From assembly GCA_903927755.1 (NCBI GenBank), contig CAIYOD010000013.1, positions 1,799 to 65,798 on the forward strand: a stretch of DNA of 64,000 nucleotides. The letters run 5' to 3'. The notes under the pieces were generated by a model, which was given only the letters and a program-made list of their open reading frames with translations, had not been told where the DNA came from and made no database searches. Every line of letters begins with the position of its first letter. Position 1 is the stretch's first letter. Source of the DNA: an uncultured Thermoleophilia bacterium (lineage in GTDB: Bacteria > Actinomycetota > Thermoleophilia > UBA2241). Both the position numbers and the translations under genes were made by a program. This document shows, in pieces, positions 1 through 10,687 of the stretch.

Positions 1-887
1 ATCATGGGCCGCTTGGGCCGGTAGCGCATGGCGATGGCCATCCCGATGATCATGCCGGCGCTGAAGACGGCCTGGAGCCAGCCCCAGGCCACTGCGCCGT
101 AGCCTTCTTCGCGCAGCCCGAGCGGCCCCAGGATCTGGAACGGGGCGATGACGATGCAGAGCACGAGGCAGACGCGCAGCAGCATCACCCAGAGCCAGGT
201 GCGCGACTTGACCTCGCGCCATCCGGCGCGCAGTTCCGCGCCGAAGCCGTGGACTGCGGCCGCGGCCTTGGTCACCGCAGGGACGTGCAGTCTGGCGAGG
301 AAGGCGGCGCTGACGAGGAAGGTGGCGCTGTCGATCGCGATCGCGCCGCCGGGCCCGATGACGGCCACCAGCATGCCGGCCACCGCCGGCCCCACCATCC
401 AGCCGAAGTTGTCGCTGATGCCCATGAGGGCGTTGGCCTGCTGCAGCTCCCCGGCCGGCACGATCTGCGGAAGGATGGCGCCGGCGGCCGGGCGGAAGAA
501 GGCCTCGGCGGCGCCGTGACAGGCGGCGAGCACGGCGAGCTGCCAGATCTGCGCCGTGCCCGTCAGCAGCAGCACGGCGGCGGTGATCTGGACGGCCGCG
601 CGGACGAGGTCGCTGGCCATCATGAGGGCGGCCCGCGGCAGTCTGTCCGCCCACACCCCCCCGACCAGCGCCAGCAGGACCAGTGGCACGCTCTGCGCCG
701 CCAGCACGAGCCCGAGGTCGGTGCCGGAGCCGGTGAGGTCGAGCACGGCGAACGTGAGCGCCACCGGCGTGATGCCGTCGCCGAACACCGAGACGCTCTG
801 CGCGAGGAACACGTTGCGGAAGTCTCGCCGGCGCAGCGCGCCGGCGCCTTCGCGAACGCGCGCGGGGATGAAGCGGGAGAGACTCAT
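1..887 (-). CDS. MFS transporter (3' part runs off the window start)
   Basis: Manual translation from ATG at 887: MSLSRFIPARVREGAGALRRRDFRNVFLAQSVSVFGDGITPVALTFAVLDLTGS...GGVWADRLPR (MFS motif A), multiple TM helices; TAGACT -10 lies 6 nt upstream. Not in the ORF track because it is truncated. Confidence 0.9.
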   Translation of the reverse strand, partial: MSLSRFIPARVREGAGALRRRDFRNVFLAQSVSVFGDGITPVALTFAVLDLTGSGTDLGLVLAAQSVPLVLLALVGGVWADRLPRAALMMASDLVRAAVQITAAVLLLTGTAQIWQLAVLAACHGAAEAFFRPAAGAILPQIVPAGELQQANALMGISDNFGWMVGPAVAGMLVAVIGPGGAIAIDSATFLVSAAFLARLHVPAVTKAAAAVHGFGAELRAGWREVKSRTWLWVMLLRVCLVLCIVIAPFQILGPLGLREEGYGAVAWGWLQAVFSAGMIIGMAIAMRYRPKRPM

Positions 888-964
888 GCGCCGAGTCTAC
901 AAGGGCGCGGGGCGTGCGCGACGCCCGGCCGTCAGAGGGCCGCGGCCGGCCGATCGCCCCCGCC

Positions 965-1726
965 TTACGACATCTTGGTGGCGCCGCGCGCCGCCCAGAG
1001 CGCCATGATCCCCGTCAGCGTCGCGAACCCGAGGGTCACGGCGAAGCCGACGATGAGGGATGTGCTGTCCCAGCCCGTGTTCAGCAGCGAGCGCATCGAG
1101 TCGAAGACGTAGGTCGTCGGGTTGATCGTCGCCGCTACCTTGAGCCAGCCGGCGGTGACGTACTCTTTGGGCACGAACGTGTAACTCAGGAAGATGAGCG
1201 GGAAGAAGGCGAAGGTCGCCGCCTGGGCCGCCGCCGCGTTCTTGGTCTTGAGCGCCATGAAGGCGGCGTAGCCCGCGAACGCCATGCCCCACAGGAAGGC
1301 GAGCACGACCACCAGGGCGAAGCCGAGCGGGCCTGCGGCGACCTTGAGGCCCAGCGCCAGGGCGATCAGCATGACGAGGACGACCTGGGCCGTGAGGACG
1401 ATCGCGCTCGCGATCATCGGCCCCCAGATCACCGAGAGCCTCCGCGTGGGCGTCAGGAGGAGCTTGGTGAAGTAGCCGTTGTCGATGTCCTTGATGAGCG
1501 TCTGCCCGGCGAGGCCGGCGCCGCCGACCGCCGCCGAGACGATGGCGACCGGGAGGATGAACCCCAGATACGTTCCCTGGAACCCCGGCAGTTCGGCGAC
1601 CGACGAGAGACCGCTGTTGTAGACGAAGAGGAAAAAGACGCTGATGGCGATGTTGGGGAGGATCGTCGCCGGCTCGCGCATGGTGTTGCGCAGCGAGCGG
1701 CCGATCAGGAGCACGGTGTCGTTCAT
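965..1726 (-). CDS. ABC-2 type exporter permease (DrrB-like)
   Basis: About 6 TM helices, NPTTY motif near the C-terminus, ATGA-coupled to the upstream ATPase. Confidence 0.9.
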   Translation of the reverse strand: MNDTVLLIGRSLRNTMREPATILPNIAISVFFLFVYNSGLSSVAELPGFQGTYLGFILPVAIVSAAVGGAGLAGQTLIKDIDNGYFTKLLLTPTRRLSVIWGPMIASAIVLTAQVVLVMLIALALGLKVAAGPLGFALVVVLAFLWGMAFAGYAAFMALKTKNAAAAQAATFAFFPLIFLSYTFVPKEYVTAGWLKVAATINPTTYVFDSMRSLLNTGWDSTSLIVGFAVTLGFATLTGIMALWAARGATKMS

Positions 1727-2733
1727 GATCTCACCTCCGCGCCGGCGGGGACGTCGTCCGCACCCTCGTCCACCTCGTGTTCCAGCGCCTCGCCGGTGAC
1801 GCGCAGGAAAACGTCGTCGAGGCTCGGCTGCTCGATCGTGAGGCCCTGAAGGCTGATGCCGGCGCCGTCGAGGACGCGCACCAGCTCGGGCACGTTCTCC
1901 GCGGCGCGTCCGAAGTACAGTCGCAGCTCGCGGTTGGAGCGCTGGCGGTTGGGCGCCACCGGCGCCAGCGCGTCCTGGGCGCGCTCTGCGTCATCAGACG
2001 AGCCGAACTGCAGCTCGACGACCTCGTCGCCGACCTGGCGCTTCAGCTCCTCGGGGGTGCCTTGGGCGACGATCGTACCCTTGTTGATGATGGCGATCTG
2101 ATCGGCGAGGCGGTCAGCCTCCTCGAGGTACTGCGTCGTCAGAAAGATCGTCATGCCGAAGTCGTCGTTGAGGCGCCGCACCTCCTCCCAGATGGCGGCG
2201 CGGCTGGCCGGATCGAGGCCTGTGGTCGGCTCGTCCAGGAACAGGATCCGCGGATCGTGGACGAGAGCGAGTGCGAGGTCGAGCCGGCGCTTCATGCCTC
2301 CGGAGTACGCGCCGGCCCGCTTCTTCGGGTCGACGTCGTCGAGGCCGACCGTCACGAGCAGCCGCTCCGCCGTCTTGCGCGCCTCGTCGCGTGGCGTGCC
2401 GAAGAGCTCGGTCTGGAGCATGAGCAGCTCTCGCGCCGTCATCAGCGGGTCGAGGCCGACGTCCTGGAGGGCGACGCCGATCGCCTCGCGCACCTTGCCG
2501 CCTTGCCGTTGGACGTCGTAGCCGCCCACCGAGGCGCGGCCGCTCGTCGGGTTCAGGATCGTCGTCAGGATCTTCACGAGCGTCGATTTGCCGGCTCCGT
2601 TCGGCCCCAGGAAGCCGAAGATCTGACCGCCTGGGACCTCGAGGTCGACGCCGTCGACGGCGTGCAGCTTCCCGAAGTCCCGGCGCAGCGCCTCCGCGGT
2701 GATGCTCCGGTCGGCTCCGTCTCTGTCGGACAC
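1723..2733 (-). CDS. ABC exporter ATP-binding subunit (DrrA-like)
   Basis: Walker A GPNGAGKS, signature YSGGM, Walker B LFLDEPT, C-terminal PSLDDVF; GTG start at 2733 chosen from GGAGGG RBS. Confidence 0.92.
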   Translation of the reverse strand: MSDRDGADRSITAEALRRDFGKLHAVDGVDLEVPGGQIFGFLGPNGAGKSTLVKILTTILNPTSGRASVGGYDVQRQGGKVREAIGVALQDVGLDPLMTARELLMLQTELFGTPRDEARKTAERLLVTVGLDDVDPKKRAGAYSGGMKRRLDLALALVHDPRILFLDEPTTGLDPASRAAIWEEVRRLNDDFGMTIFLTTQYLEEADRLADQIAIINKGTIVAQGTPEELKRQVGDEVVELQFGSSDDAERAQDALAPVAPNRQRSNRELRLYFGRAAENVPELVRVLDGAGISLQGLTIEQPSLDDVFLRVTGEALEHEVDEGADDVPAGAEVRS

Positions 2734-2846
2734 GGGACCCTCCCCCGTCATGAAACACTTGCAGTGCGGTCGGGATTCCCTGCGCGGCCATCGGCTAACC
2801 TTGCGACGGCCCGGGTAAGAGGGCCTCACCAAGCAAGGAGGGTCCG

Positions 2847-4214
2847 ATGCCGATCTTCGAGTGGCGCAGCGTCATGCCGGCGTCCGCCGACGAGGTCTTC
2901 GCCTATCACGCGCGACCCGGAGCGTTTCGGCGTCTGGCGCCGCCGTGGCAGAAGATGCGGGTGATCGAGGAGACCGGCGACGTTACTGCGGGACGCGTCG
3001 CCTTCGACGTCTGGTTCGGACCCTTGAAGCGCCACTGGGTGGCGGAGATGGGCAGTGCGATGCCGGGCCGGCAGTTCGTTGATCGGCAGCTGGACGGGCC
3101 GTTCGCGGCGTGGGAGCACGTGCACCGGTTCATCCCAATCGACGACGAGCGCAGCGAGCTGCTCGATCACATCGAGTACAGCCTGCCGGCCGGCGGCCTC
3201 ACCGACTCCGTCGGTGAAGGCCCGGCCGGCAAGACTCTCTCGCGCCTCTTCCGCTTCCGTCACGAGCGCACGCGGCTGGATCTCGGGCGGCACGCGCTGT
3301 GGGCCGACCGTCCGCGGCTCACCGTGGCGATCGCCGGCGCCAGCGGTCTCGTCGGCTCGCACCTCACTGACTACCTGACCACCGCCGGCCACCGCGTGAT
3401 CCGGCTGGTCCGGAACGCGGAGGCCGGGCCGGGCGAAGTCCCTTGGAACCCGGCCACCGCCGCCCTGGATCACGGCGCTCTCGAAGGCGTCGACGCGATC
3501 GTGAACTTCTCCGGCGTGACGCTCAGCGGCATCTGGACCTCCAGTCGCAAGAAGGCGATCCTGGAGAGCCGCGTGCAGGCGACGCGTACCCTCGCCGAGG
3601 CGATCGCCCGCATGGACTCGCCGCCCTCGGTCTTCGTGAGCATCTCCGCGGTTGGGGCCTACGGGTCCCGCGGCGACGAGACCATCACCGAGCAGACGGA
3701 GCTCGGCGAGGGCTTCCTCGCCGACGTCTGCCACGCCTGGGAAGAGGCGGCGGCGCCGGTCGCGTCCGCGGGCGTCCGCCTCGTCACCCCGCGCCTCGGT
3801 ATCGTGGTCAGCGCAGCCGGCGGAGCGGTCGCCGCGATGCTCCCCGCCTTCAGGGCCGGCGCCGGGACCCGGCTCGGCAAGGGCGATCAGTTCTGGGCCT
3901 GGGTGGAGCTGGACGACGTGCTCGGCGCGATCGAGTGGGCGCTCCACGACGAGGGCCTCGAGGGCGTCGTCAACGTCACCGCGCCGGAGCCTGTCACGAA
4001 CCGGGAGTTCACCAGGACCCTGGGGCACGTGCTGCACCGCCCCGCGGCGTTCGCGGCGCCGGCCTTCGTCCTGCGTCACGGCCTCGGCGGGATGGGCGAC
4101 GAGATGCTTCTCGCCAGCCAGCGGGCGATCCCCGAGCGGCTGAAGGAGCGGGGCTTCCGCTTCGCCTTCCCGTCGCTGGCGGGCGCGTTGCGGTACGAGC
4201 TGGGCCGCACTTGA
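2847..4214 (+). CDS. TIGR01777-family NAD-dependent epimerase with N-terminal SRPBCC domain
   Basis: N-terminal FVDRQLDGPFAAWEHVHRF (SRPBCC); GASGLVG Rossmann motif; SAVGAYG, GFLADVC, SQRAIP. Confidence 0.88.
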   Translation: MPIFEWRSVMPASADEVFAYHARPGAFRRLAPPWQKMRVIEETGDVTAGRVAFDVWFGPLKRHWVAEMGSAMPGRQFVDRQLDGPFAAWEHVHRFIPIDDERSELLDHIEYSLPAGGLTDSVGEGPAGKTLSRLFRFRHERTRLDLGRHALWADRPRLTVAIAGASGLVGSHLTDYLTTAGHRVIRLVRNAEAGPGEVPWNPATAALDHGALEGVDAIVNFSGVTLSGIWTSSRKKAILESRVQATRTLAEAIARMDSPPSVFVSISAVGAYGSRGDETITEQTELGEGFLADVCHAWEEAAAPVASAGVRLVTPRLGIVVSAAGGAVAAMLPAFRAGAGTRLGKGDQFWAWVELDDVLGAIEWALHDEGLEGVVNVTAPEPVTNREFTRTLGHVLHRPAAFAAPAFVLRHGLGGMGDEMLLASQRAIPERLKERGFRFAFPSLAGALRYELGRT

Positions 4215-4252
4215 ATCGAGGGACTGTCGTGGCGGCCGCAGGCGGCCCGGTC

Positions 4253-4888
4253 TCAGTATGCGACAGCCACCGCGTGGCCGATCTCGTCCGTCAGCGTGAG
4301 CTGGTCGAGCATGTACTCGGCCACGTCCGCCCGGGCGATGCGACGACCGCCGGGGAGAGAGTAGCCCGGCTCGGCCCGGTAGACGCCTCGAGCCGGGCCG
4401 TCCGTCAGCGCTCCCGAGACGCGCACGATCGTCCAGTCCAGCTCGCTCTGGCGGACGCTCGTCTCCATGCGCCGCAGGTCTGCGTAGGCGGGTCCGAGCA
4501 GGATCGGCTTGATGACGCGATCGAAGATCCACGGCAGGTTCTGGTCCCGTCCGGGCTGCGTCCCGCTGGCGGAGAGCACGATGAGCCGGCGCACCCGGTA
4601 GCGCTGCATCGAGCGGATGACGTTGAGCGTGCCGAGCGCGTTCACCGCCGGCGCGCTCTTCCGGTGCGCCGCACTGAGCGCCACGAGGACGGCGTCCTGG
4701 CCGTCGACCGCGTCGCTCACGATGCCGCCGTCGAGGACGTCACCGGGGACGACGCGGACGCGGCCGGCGAGGTCGCCGAGCTTCTCCGGGGCGCGGACCA
4801 GCGCGGTCACGGCGTGACCGCGCTCGAGCGCGCCCCTGGTCAGCAGCCGCCCGCTGCGGCCTGTGGCTCCGACGACGAGGACGTTCAT
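4253..4888 (-). CDS. NAD(P)H-binding protein (flavin reductase/BLVRB-like)
   Basis: VVGATGRSG, LDWTIVR, IARADVA motifs. Confidence 0.88.
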   Translation of the reverse strand: MNVLVVGATGRSGRLLTRGALERGHAVTALVRAPEKLGDLAGRVRVVPGDVLDGGIVSDAVDGQDAVLVALSAAHRKSAPAVNALGTLNVIRSMQRYRVRRLIVLSASGTQPGRDQNLPWIFDRVIKPILLGPAYADLRRMETSVRQSELDWTIVRVSGALTDGPARGVYRAEPGYSLPGGRRIARADVAEYMLDQLTLTDEIGHAVAVAY

Positions 4889-4941
4889 GCTCGCATCGTA
4901 CCCGGCCGGGGCATCGACGCACTCCCCCTGCCCGATCCGGT

Positions 4942-5360
4942 CTACTCGATGCGGCCGGGATGCGGGGGGAGACGACGAGAGGGACGGTCGTCCTGTGCAC
5001 GAGCGCGTGACTGGCGGAGCCGACCAGCGCCCCTACGAATGCCGACTCGCCACTCGTGCCGATGGCGAGCAGGTCGGCGCAGCGCTCCTCGGCCAGCTTG
5101 ATGAGGCCATCCACGACCGGCCGCTCGGCGATGATCGCCTCCGACGGAACGCCGTGGTTCGCCGCCGCCATGAGCGCGCCCTTGGTGAGCTGCTGCGCTT
5201 CCTTGTGCAGTTCGGCGTCCATCATCGGGTCAGAGGCACTCTCGAGGAGATGGGCGACGATCACCTTGCCGTCCAGGCGCTCCGCAAGCCCCAGCGCGAC
5301 GTCCAGCGCCGCCCTCGAGCCGGGCCTGCCGTCGTACCCGACGACCACTGTGAACGCCAT
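4942..5360 (-). CDS. Universal stress protein (apparent 1-nt frameshift at the extreme C-terminus)
   Basis: VVVGYDG...DLLAIGTSG...LVGSASHALVHRTTVPLVV; as read the ORF runs into the next gene to 4740; one added base near 4964-4970 gives a TAG at 4942-4944. Confidence 0.82.
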
Positions 5361-5567
5361 CGTCACGCCCCCTTGTGCCGCGCGACCGTGCCTGCGTCCG
5401 ACTCTTACCCGCGCGGCGGCGGCTTCAGCGCCGTGGTCCGATGACCAGCGGGCGTCGGGGAATCGACCGCGGGTCCTGCCCCGTCGCTCCGAATGCGTAG
5501 TCTGTGGAGGCTGCGGCTCTGTGCTCCCGCGCGGCCGCCGACCACGCCTCCCGGGTAGCATGAGTGC

Positions 5568-6254
5568 GTGGGTACCGACCTCGCTGGGAAGAGCGTCCTC
5601 GTCACGGGGGCGAGCATCGGCATCGGGCGCGAGACAGCGCTGCGCTTCGCCGCGGCAGGATGCCGCGTGGCGCTCACCTACTTCGAGCATCGCGCCGAGG
5701 CCGAGGAAGTCGTGCAGCGGTGTCTCGGCCTCGGCGCCCCCGACGCCTTCGCCGTCTCACTGCAGCTCGCCGACGAGGACAGCATCTGCACGCTGCTGGA
5801 GCGGGTGATCGACCGGTACGGCGCCCTCGACATCCTGATCAACAACGCCGGCGTGATCAGCTGGAAGCCGCTCCTCGAGCAGGACTTCGGGGAACTCGAC
5901 ACCCAGGTCAACGTGAATCTGCTGGGCGTCATGAAGCTCACGTGGTGCTTCCTGCCGCTGCTGACGGATGCGGTGATCACCGTCGGCAGCACCGCAACGC
6001 TGCATCAGTCGCGCACGCCGCCGCCGTACTGCGCGACCAAGTGGGGCCTGCGTGGCTTCGTCAAGGCCCTGGCCGTGGAGCATCCGGACAAGCTGATCGC
6101 GAGCGTGCACCCCACGGTGACCGCGACGCGCATGAACGACATGCAGGGCATGTCGCCGGAGCGCGTCGCCGACGTGATCTATCGCATCGCTGCCGGGGAG
6201 ATCGAGGTCGAGCCCGGCGGCGACGTGGACCTGCGGGACTACCCGAACGAGTGA
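5568..6254 (+). CDS. Short-chain dehydrogenase/reductase
   Basis: TGASIGIG, NNAG, YCATK (YxxxK). Confidence 0.92.
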   Translation: MGTDLAGKSVLVTGASIGIGRETALRFAAAGCRVALTYFEHRAEAEEVVQRCLGLGAPDAFAVSLQLADEDSICTLLERVIDRYGALDILINNAGVISWKPLLEQDFGELDTQVNVNLLGVMKLTWCFLPLLTDAVITVGSTATLHQSRTPPPYCATKWGLRGFVKALAVEHPDKLIASVHPTVTATRMNDMQGMSPERVADVIYRIAAGEIEVEPGGDVDLRDYPNE

Positions 6255-6288
6255 AAGGGCCGGGGCGGCTGACGCCGCCCCGGCCCTT
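6255..6288. terminator. Bidirectional terminator-like hairpin
   Basis: AAGGGCCGGGGCGGC-TGAC-GCCGCCCCGGCCCTT, perfect 15-bp stem between convergent genes. Confidence 0.75.
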
Positions 6289-6351
6289 GCTGACGAGCGG
6301 GCCGGCCCCCAAGGGGACGGAGCCGGCCCGCCTCGCCGTCTCTCCCGAGGC

Positions 6352-8895
6352 CTATTCGTACTGGATCGCCTCGAGGATCCGCGTGTTGGCGGCGCGGCGC
6401 GCCGGGAGCACCGCCGCGACCACTCCGACCACCACGGCCAGCACCAGGAAGATGCCCAGCTGCATCCACGGCAGGCTGAACACGAGGCCGTCGCCGCCGA
6501 GCTGCGTGACCAGCACGTAGCCCATGGCGATGCCGACCAGCGTGCCGAGCACGCCGCCGATCACGGCGGTGATCACGCTCTCGTACCGGACCATCTGGCC
6601 GAGCTGCCGCCGTGTGGCGCCGATGGCGCGCAGCATGCCGATCTCGCGAGTGCGCTCGTGTACGCTCAGGACCAGCGTGTTGACGATCCCGAAGATCGAG
6701 ATGATCACGCTCATGGCCAGCAGGCCGTAGAACATCATCAGGATCTGGTCGACCTGCTTGTTGATGGCGTCGAGGTACTCGGTCTTGGTCTGGACCTTCT
6801 GCGTCGGGAACTCCGCCAGGGCCTTCTGGACCGCGGCCTGGGCCCCCTCGCTGCCGTCGGTGCGCACCAGCATCATGCCGGCCGCCGTCGGGACGTCGAG
6901 CTTCTCGAGCGTGTCGAGGCTGACCATCATTCCGGTGTAGGCCATCTGGTCGCGGTAGAACCCGAGCACCTTGAGCTTGGCCCTCTCGCCGCTCTGGGCG
7001 GTGACGGAGATCGTGTCGCCGGTCTTGACCTTGGCGGCCATGGGCGAGCCGTCCTCGAGGATCACGCTGCCTGCGTCGAGCTTGGCGAACAGCTCATCGC
7101 CGCCGCCGCGCCGCCACTCGTGGCCCCAGACCTCGGTCCACACGGCGGGATCCACGGCGTTGGCGGTGAGGACGCCGCCGCCCTTGACCTTGAGGGCCGC
7201 GAACGCGACGCCGGCGGCGGATTTGACGCCGGGCACGTCCTCGAGGCCGCGCACCGTCTTCTGGGGCACGGTGAGGAACGCGCTCTGGTCCTGCGCCACG
7301 AGGTCGGCGCGCGTGGACTTGCTGATCGCGTCGCCGAACGAGCCCTTCATCGCCTGGGCGAACACGGCGACGAAGACGACCATGGCGAGGCCGATCATGA
7401 GCGCGGCGGCCGTGGCGGCCGTGCGGCTCGGGTTGCGGCCGGCGTTGTCGCGGGCCAGGCGGCCGCTGGTGGGCGCGAGCTTCTCCATCGGCCAGCCGAT
7501 GATCCGGCTCGCCGGCCGGACGACGAACTTCGCCAGCATGGCGATGGCGACGAAGAGCAGCAGCGCGCCCAGGCCCATGAAGAGCAGGCGACCGTTGGTC
7601 CCGCCGTCGCTGAAGATGCCGAAGGCGAGCGCGCCGGCGCCGAGGGCCGTGACGGCCAGGGCGCTGACGGTGCTGAACTTCGTGAAGCGCGTCGGCGGCA
7701 GGGTCGAGCCCTCCTGGAGGGCCGCCACCGGCGGCACGCGCGTGGCGCGCAGGGCCGGGGCCAGCGCCGAGAGGAGCGTGACGCCCACGCCGACGAGCAC
7801 GGCGATGAGGATCGTCCGGGGTTCGAGGGCGATGCCCGCCGTGGGGATGTCGGCGCCGACGGCCTTGAAGAGTGCGTTGATGCCCTTGGCGACGCCGAGG
7901 CCGGCCGCGATACCGATGGCCGAGGCCAGTACGCCGAGCGTGAGTGCCTCGGCGACCACGGAGACGAGCACCTGGCGGCGGCTGGCGCCGAGGGCGCGCA
8001 GCATCGCGAACTCGCGCCGCCGCTGGGCGACGGTGATGCTGAAGGCGTTGAAGATGATGAACGCGCCGACGAAGACGGAGACACCGGCGAACGCCAGGAG
8101 CACCGGCGTCAGGAACGAGCCGATCGCGTCGGCCGTCTCGGCGGTCGCGTCGGCGGCGGCCTGCTCGCCGGTCTTGACGCTGATACCGGCCGGCATGGCG
8201 GCCTTGACGTCCGCGGCGAGCTCCTTGGGTGTCACGCCGGGATCGGCGGACACGGAGATGCCGCTGATCCTGCCGGGCTCGCCGCCCCAGCGCTGCACGT
8301 CTTGCAGGCGGCCGGCGACGACGATGGTGCCGCCCATGGAGCCGGACTCGCCCCACTCGAAGACGCCGGCGACCTTGACCTCTTCGAGGCCGGCCGGGCC
8401 GGCCACTGTGAAGCTGTCGCCGGGCTGGAGGCCGGCCTTGTCGGCGAAGCTCTTGATGATCGCGACTTCGTTGCGACCCTGGATCTCGCCGCCGGCGACG
8501 AGGGTCGCCTGGTTGAAGGGCTCACCGGTGCTGGTCGTCAGCAGGGTGGGGGCGCCGCCGGTCTCGACGGGCTTGCCGTCGACGATCGCGGCGCCCATCG
8601 TCTCGTACACCCCGGCGGCCTTGTCGACGCCGGGGACGGCGAGCACCTTGGCGACGAGGTCGTCGCTCAGCGTCTGGGCCGCGTCGCCCTCCATGCTGGT
8701 GAACGAGGTCTTCGGCTCGACCTGCACAGCCGTGCCCTTGAACGAGGTCTCGAAGATGTTGGCGAACCCGTTGTCGATCTGGTCGGTCAGCACGTACGTG
8801 CCGGTGATCATCGCCACGCCCAGCAGGATCGCGAGGAGCGTGAGGACGGTCCGGAGCGGCCGGCTGGCGAGGTTGCGGAAGGCGAGGCGGGTCAT
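6352..8895 (-). CDS. FtsX/MacB-like ABC transporter permease (two FtsX domains)
   Basis: [18 protein letters not shown] and [18 protein letters not shown] motifs, two large extracytoplasmic loops, 847 aa. Confidence 0.92.
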   Translation of the reverse strand: MTRLAFRNLASRPLRTVLTLLAILLGVAMITGTYVLTDQIDNGFANIFETSFKGTAVQVEPKTSFTSMEGDAAQTLSDDLVAKVLAVPGVDKAAGVYETMGAAIVDGKPVETGGAPTLLTTSTGEPFNQATLVAGGEIQGRNEVAIIKSFADKAGLQPGDSFTVAGPAGLEEVKVAGVFEWGESGSMGGTIVVAGRLQDVQRWGGEPGRISGISVSADPGVTPKELAADVKAAMPAGISVKTGEQAAADATAETADAIGSFLTPVLLAFAGVSVFVGAFIIFNAFSITVAQRRREFAMLRALGASRRQVLVSVVAEALTLGVLASAIGIAAGLGVAKGINALFKAVGADIPTAGIALEPRTILIAVLVGVGVTLLSALAPALRATRVPPVAALQEGSTLPPTRFTKFSTVSALAVTALGAGALAFGIFSDGGTNGRLLFMGLGALLLFVAIAMLAKFVVRPASRIIGWPMEKLAPTSGRLARDNAGRNPSRTAATAAALMIGLAMVVFVAVFAQAMKGSFGDAISKSTRADLVAQDQSAFLTVPQKTVRGLEDVPGVKSAAGVAFAALKVKGGGVLTANAVDPAVWTEVWGHEWRRGGGDELFAKLDAGSVILEDGSPMAAKVKTGDTISVTAQSGERAKLKVLGFYRDQMAYTGMMVSLDTLEKLDVPTAAGMMLVRTDGSEGAQAAVQKALAEFPTQKVQTKTEYLDAINKQVDQILMMFYGLLAMSVIISIFGIVNTLVLSVHERTREIGMLRAIGATRRQLGQMVRYESVITAVIGGVLGTLVGIAMGYVLVTQLGGDGLVFSLPWMQLGIFLVLAVVVGVVAAVLPARRAANTRILEAIQYE

Positions 8896-9734
8896 CGGGG
8901 AACCTCGAGGTTCTTGATGGTGTCGTAGATGGCGTCACGGGTCATGCGGTCCTCGTCCAGCTCGATGCGGCCGTCCTTGAGGAAGACGACGCGGTCGGCG
9001 ATGCTGGCGGCGTTGGCGTCGTGCGTGACCATGATCACGGTCTGGCCGAACTCGTCGACGCTGCGGCGCAGCAGATCCAGGACCTCGCCGCCGGTGCGGG
9101 AGTCGAGGTTGCCGGTCGGCTCGTCGGCGAACAGCACGGCCGGCCGGGTGATGAGCGCCCGGGCGACGGCCACGCGCTGCTGCTGGCCGCCGGAGAGCTC
9201 GGCCGGGCGGTGCGTGAGGCGGTCCTGCAGACCGACGGCCTCGATGACCGCGCGCCGCCAGGACTCGTCGGCGCGGCGACGGGCGAGCGAGAGCGGCAGC
9301 ACGATGTTCTCGTCGGCGGTCAGGGTCGCGAGCAGGTTGAAGCTCTGGAAGATGAAGCCGATCTTGTCGCGGCGCAGCTGCGTCAGCTTCTTCTCCTTGA
9401 GCCGGGTGATCTCGACGCCGTCGATGCTGACCCGGCCGCCGGTGGGCTGGTCGAGTCCGGCGAGGATGTGCATGAGCGTGCTCTTGCCGGAGCCGGAGGG
9501 GCCCATGATGGCCGTGAGCCGGCCCTCGGTGATGTCGATGTCGACGTCGCGCAGGGCGTGCACGGTGGCGTCGCCCTTGCCGTAGGTGCGCGAGAGGCCG
9601 CGCGCCATGACAACGGCGCGGCCGGGGCCGCGCTCGGTGAACAGTGACTCGCCGGTGAACTCGCGCTCGAGCCGGGCGAGCGTCTCGCTCGTCTGATCCA
9701 GTCGTTCGCGCTCCGAAATGGTGGTGGTCCGCAT
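8892..9734 (-). CDS. ABC transporter ATP-binding protein (LolD/MacB-like)
   Basis: [26 protein letters not shown]; GGAGGAG RBS before ATG 9734. Confidence 0.92.
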   Translation of the reverse strand: MRTTTISERERLDQTSETLARLEREFTGESLFTERGPGRAVVMARGLSRTYGKGDATVHALRDVDIDITEGRLTAIMGPSGSGKSTLMHILAGLDQPTGGRVSIDGVEITRLKEKKLTQLRRDKIGFIFQSFNLLATLTADENIVLPLSLARRRADESWRRAVIEAVGLQDRLTHRPAELSGGQQQRVAVARALITRPAVLFADEPTGNLDSRTGGEVLDLLRRSVDEFGQTVIMVTHDANAASIADRVVFLKDGRIELDEDRMTRDAIYDTIKNLEVPR

Positions 9735-10094
9735 GATCTCTCCTCCTGGGTGACTTGCCTGAGAGGAGGCTACGGCCGGGGTCTCGACGGCGAATCGCCC
9801 GAGGGTGGTGGATGCGCGAGCGCGGAGGAGGGATATTCGGGCACCGCCGCGGGCCACCGTGGGGGGAGGCTACGACTACTCCCACACCCCGGCTCGTCAC
9901 CCGGTGGAGGTAGACGCCGCGACGCGCCGCCGGCCGGCCGCTCCCGGTCGAGCCTGCGGCAGCGCCGGTGGCTCTACCCCGGCGGGGGTACCGCGTCCGG
10001 GCCGCAAGGCCTGCGGCCGCCGACCCCAGGCCCGCGAGGCATCTCTCTGGCACCGACGATGCCATTCCCGGCGCAGAGCGGCTATGCTTTTGCC

Positions 10095-10637
10095 ATGTGC
10101 GCATCGGCAGCAAACGACCAGCCCGGCGACACGCGCCCGGCATCGTTCTCGGCCAAGCCCGACGGTCGCAAGCACCGTGGCCGCGGCAAGCGCGTGAGCG
10201 AGATCCAGCCGCCGCCGCGCATCCGCGCCGGCCATCGCGTCTTCTTCCACGAGCAGGGCGAGCCGCTGTTCGGACCGGGGACCTTCGATCTGCTCGTACT
10301 GGTCGAGGAGACCGGATCGCTGCACCAGGCCGCCAAGCTCATGGGCATGTCGTACAACAAGGCGTGGCGCGCCATGCGGCAGGCGGAGGATCACCTCGGC
10401 CTCAAGCTCATGACGCGCCGCACCGGCGGGTCGGACGGCGGCGGCTCGGTACTCACGGACGACGGGCATCGCCTCATGGAGCGCTTCCGTGCGTTCCTCG
10501 ATGAGGCCGATGCGGATCTCGCCCGCCTTTATCAGAAGTACTTCGGAGACGCCTCGTTCGCCCAGCCGGAAGGCGCCTCTCCCCAGGCAGGCGGCCCCGC
10601 CGCCAGCGACGTCCCTTCGAGCGAAGACGGCGCCTGA
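10095..10637 (+). CDS. modE: ModE-family winged-helix regulator (HTH only, no molybdate-binding TOBE domains)
   Basis: FGPG..LL..VEETGSLHQAAKLMGMSYNKAW...RRTGGSDGGGSVLT is the ModE N-terminal signature; TATGCT -10 6 nt before ATG 10095. Confidence 0.88.
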   Translation: MCASAANDQPGDTRPASFSAKPDGRKHRGRGKRVSEIQPPPRIRAGHRVFFHEQGEPLFGPGTFDLLVLVEETGSLHQAAKLMGMSYNKAWRAMRQAEDHLGLKLMTRRTGGSDGGGSVLTDDGHRLMERFRAFLDEADADLARLYQKYFGDASFAQPEGASPQAGGPAASDVPSSEDGA

Positions 10638-10687
10638 CGGCTCTCGCGACCGCGGGCCGACAGGCTGAGACGCCGACCTCTCCCTCC

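Noticed and set aside
9740-10090. Riboswitch or regulator sites between the ABC ATPase and modE (e.g. GGTGGCTCTACCCC)
   Set aside because: Loosely resembles LuxR/NarL-type sites, but there is no clear repeat pair, cognate regulator or Moco-riboswitch landmark
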